Origin: Paraphysomonas bandaiensis | Lineage: Eukaryota > Protista > Chrysophyceae | DNA: 64,000 nucleotides | NCBI GenBank assembly: GCA_965644295.1 | Contig: CBFFRP010000041.1 | Coordinates: 124,001-188,000 of the forward strand | Reading direction: 5' to 3' | Shown here: positions 61,966-64,000 of the stretch, in pieces | Layout of the letters: the number at the start of each line of letters is the position of its first letter | Numbering within the stretch: position 1 is the first letter of the stretch | Program-made: the position numbers and the translations under genes | Notes under the pieces: generated by a model | What the model saw: only the letters and a program-made list of their open reading frames with translations | Told to the model about the DNA's origin: nothing | Databases searched by the model: none

Positions 61966-63460
61966 ATGTCAAGTAACGTCATCCAAGTCAATAGTGATCG
62001 TTTGTGCCGGTGGTTATCAGGTAGTGTGTGTGTGCGTGGTGGTATTGTGTGACCGTGTGTGTATGTATAGAGGTCGCAGAGATAGGGCTCGAGCCCTCAT
62101 CAGGAGAAGGCCTATACCGTCTATCTCTCTCAGCCAATGATATGAGAGGTAGATAGATATCAGCGCTGTGTGTATGACTGTGACTTCTATGCAGGACGTG
62201 AGTGGCTCATCAGTAAGATGTGTGAGCATGGACTAGACGTGTATATTGATGGGGCCCTTAATATACACGGGAGAATTAACTGGCCTGAGAACCTTGAGAA
62301 ACCTACTGTTGAGATCCCTGCTATCGTAACAGGCTCTCATAACGATACGGTTCCAGGTGGAGGGAATTTAGATGGCACTTTGGGAGTTTTAGCTGGGCTA
62401 GAAGCTCTGGTTACTCTCAAGGAACTCAATGTCCCATTACAATATCCTATGGAGGTAATTGACTTTACTGATGAGGAGGGTCGGTTTGGGGGTATGTTAG
62501 GCAGTATGTGTTTGGCTGGGAAGCTGAATGCCGAGGCTATTGAAAGCATGGTAGCTGCAGATGGTGTACGAGTAGCAGATTGTCTCGCAGCTCATGACCG
62601 CTCTCCTTCAACTGCCTCAGGAGCAAAATATAACTCGGGAACTATCAAATCGTACGTGGAGCTGCATATTGAACAAGGACCTGTGCTAGATCAGACTGGA
62701 GAGAATATTGGAATTGTTACTGCTATTGTGGGCTTGTGGAAGGCAGAGTTCACTCTAGGTGGTCAAGCCAACCATGCAGGCACAACACCTATGGTATATT
62801 AGATATTTGTCATAGAAATTTGAATGAATTATTGTGTTTGTTTATATTTTGATATATGATGTGTCTTTCCTTGAACTGCTATGAACTGATCACGTGTTTC
62901 TAACGATAATTTTCTAACAGAATATGAGGCGAAACGCGTTCCTTGGGTGCGCACGATTACAAGTGGAAATCGAGTCTCTTTTACAGACACATGGATCTCC
63001 TAGTTCGGTTTGCACGATTGGTAAAGTGGATGTACATCCAGGTGGCGCGAATGTAGTACCTGGAAAGTGTGTATTTACTCTTGAATTACGAGACCCGTCA
63101 TCAGAAGTAATTGATTCTCTCTCAAGTGCTGTAATATCAACATTACAGAATATTTGTGATGAGTGTCGCCTAGATATGAGTTACCGCATCATGAGCAACA
63201 TTTCGGCAGTTCCATGTGACGCAGCTATTCAGAACCAAATTCACCAAGCATGTGATAACTTGAATCTGACAAAGCGAGTAATGCCATCTGGTGCTGCTCA
63301 TGATGCACAAAATATTCCTGAAATCGGACCCATGGGCATGATATTTGTACCATCAGTAAACGGAGTTTCTCATCACCACACGGAGTATACAAAGGACGAA
63401 GATATTGTACGTGGCGCAAACGTGCTACTCAACACGTTGTACAGGCTAGGCACACAATAA
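61966..63460 (+). CDS. M20-family Zn amidohydrolase (N-carbamoyl-L-amino-acid / allantoate amidohydrolase type), 4 exons
   Basis: Spliced N-terminus MSSNVIQVNSDRL...G.YRLSLS..D, GSHNDTVP.GG.LDG.LGV, DEEGRFG, ELHIEQGP, NHAGTTPM, SGAAHDA, GVSH...E. Confidence 0.92.
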
Positions 63461-64000
63461 GTCAAAGGAATACATAATACATACGGGTTTCCAGTGTCTT
63501 AAAGATAAGCCTGTAGCTTGTGTGCAGTTGTTTCAATCCAGTTTTGTGACTGGTTTGATTGATTTTAATTTTTCGGACTAACTACAGTGTAGTCAACCTC
63601 TAAAATGAAGAGAAGTTCAGTTCTCCAATGACATATAATATATAATAATATACAATATTCTTAGGTGCAGCATAATTGATGATATTTTTATTAGCAATCA
63701 CTTCTGGCTAGTGTATGATATTAGCATCATCAGCGATCAGAGTTTCTAGGTAGTATTTTATTGAAACAAGACTACTTTTGTTGTAACATTTTATAAAGCA
63801 CTACAATAATACATTTGTTCGTATGTCTAGACTATGAACAAAGATACCCAGACTTCATACTTTCTAATAAAGATGAACATGATTTTAGATTCATCCACAT
63901 CCATCCATTCTCTTACACGAAAGCAAAGTAGTAAAAGTCACGAGAAATCTGGGAAACAGCTTTCGTTTTATTGCCTCAAGTAGAATAAGTGAATACTATT

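Noticed and set aside
61095-62052. MYVC/HTYI repeat ORFs
   Set aside because: Same microsatellite effect; the real genes start at 61277 (minus) and 61966 (plus).
1-64000. tRNA or rRNA genes
   Set aside because: None recognised by eye; tRNAscan-SE or Infernal would be needed to exclude them.

Overview
Gene-dense eukaryotic DNA with the standard genetic code and short (~40-110 nt) mostly GT-AG introns. It is probably from a flagellated protist such as a stramenopile; this is inferred only from gene content (RJL GTPase, DUF3228, Cys-less pLGIC). About 17 intact genes are present, mostly as head-to-head pairs: DUF3228/MRS2, choline sulfatase/UBL-TM protein, 5x4TM membrane protein/MFSD5, amidohydrolase-3/FkbM methyltransferase, pLGIC/RJL, CDC27/PRMT7 and DUF1028/M20 amidohydrolase. 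Unpaired genes are an alpha/beta hydrolase, WDR6, an HPD-motif protein, an FMO and a papain-family protease. The main mobile element is a very young 5.7-kb Ty1/Copia retrotransposon (21943-27673, minus strand). It has identical 264-bp LTRs, a GCTAG target-site duplication, non-canonical TATT...TATT ends, one frame break in integrase and an extra domain after integrase. It has inserted into, and truncated, a gene for a membrane protein built of five tandem 4-TM units. Other features: two long (TACA)n arrays just upstream of start codons, a patchwork of captured gene fragments (32.8-34.3 kb), LINE-like 3' end repeats, a Helitron-type 3' end, a 150-bp fold-back hairpin, a diverged LTR relic and a sulfotransferase-like pseudogene. 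All family assignments come from motif recognition by eye, not from database searches.
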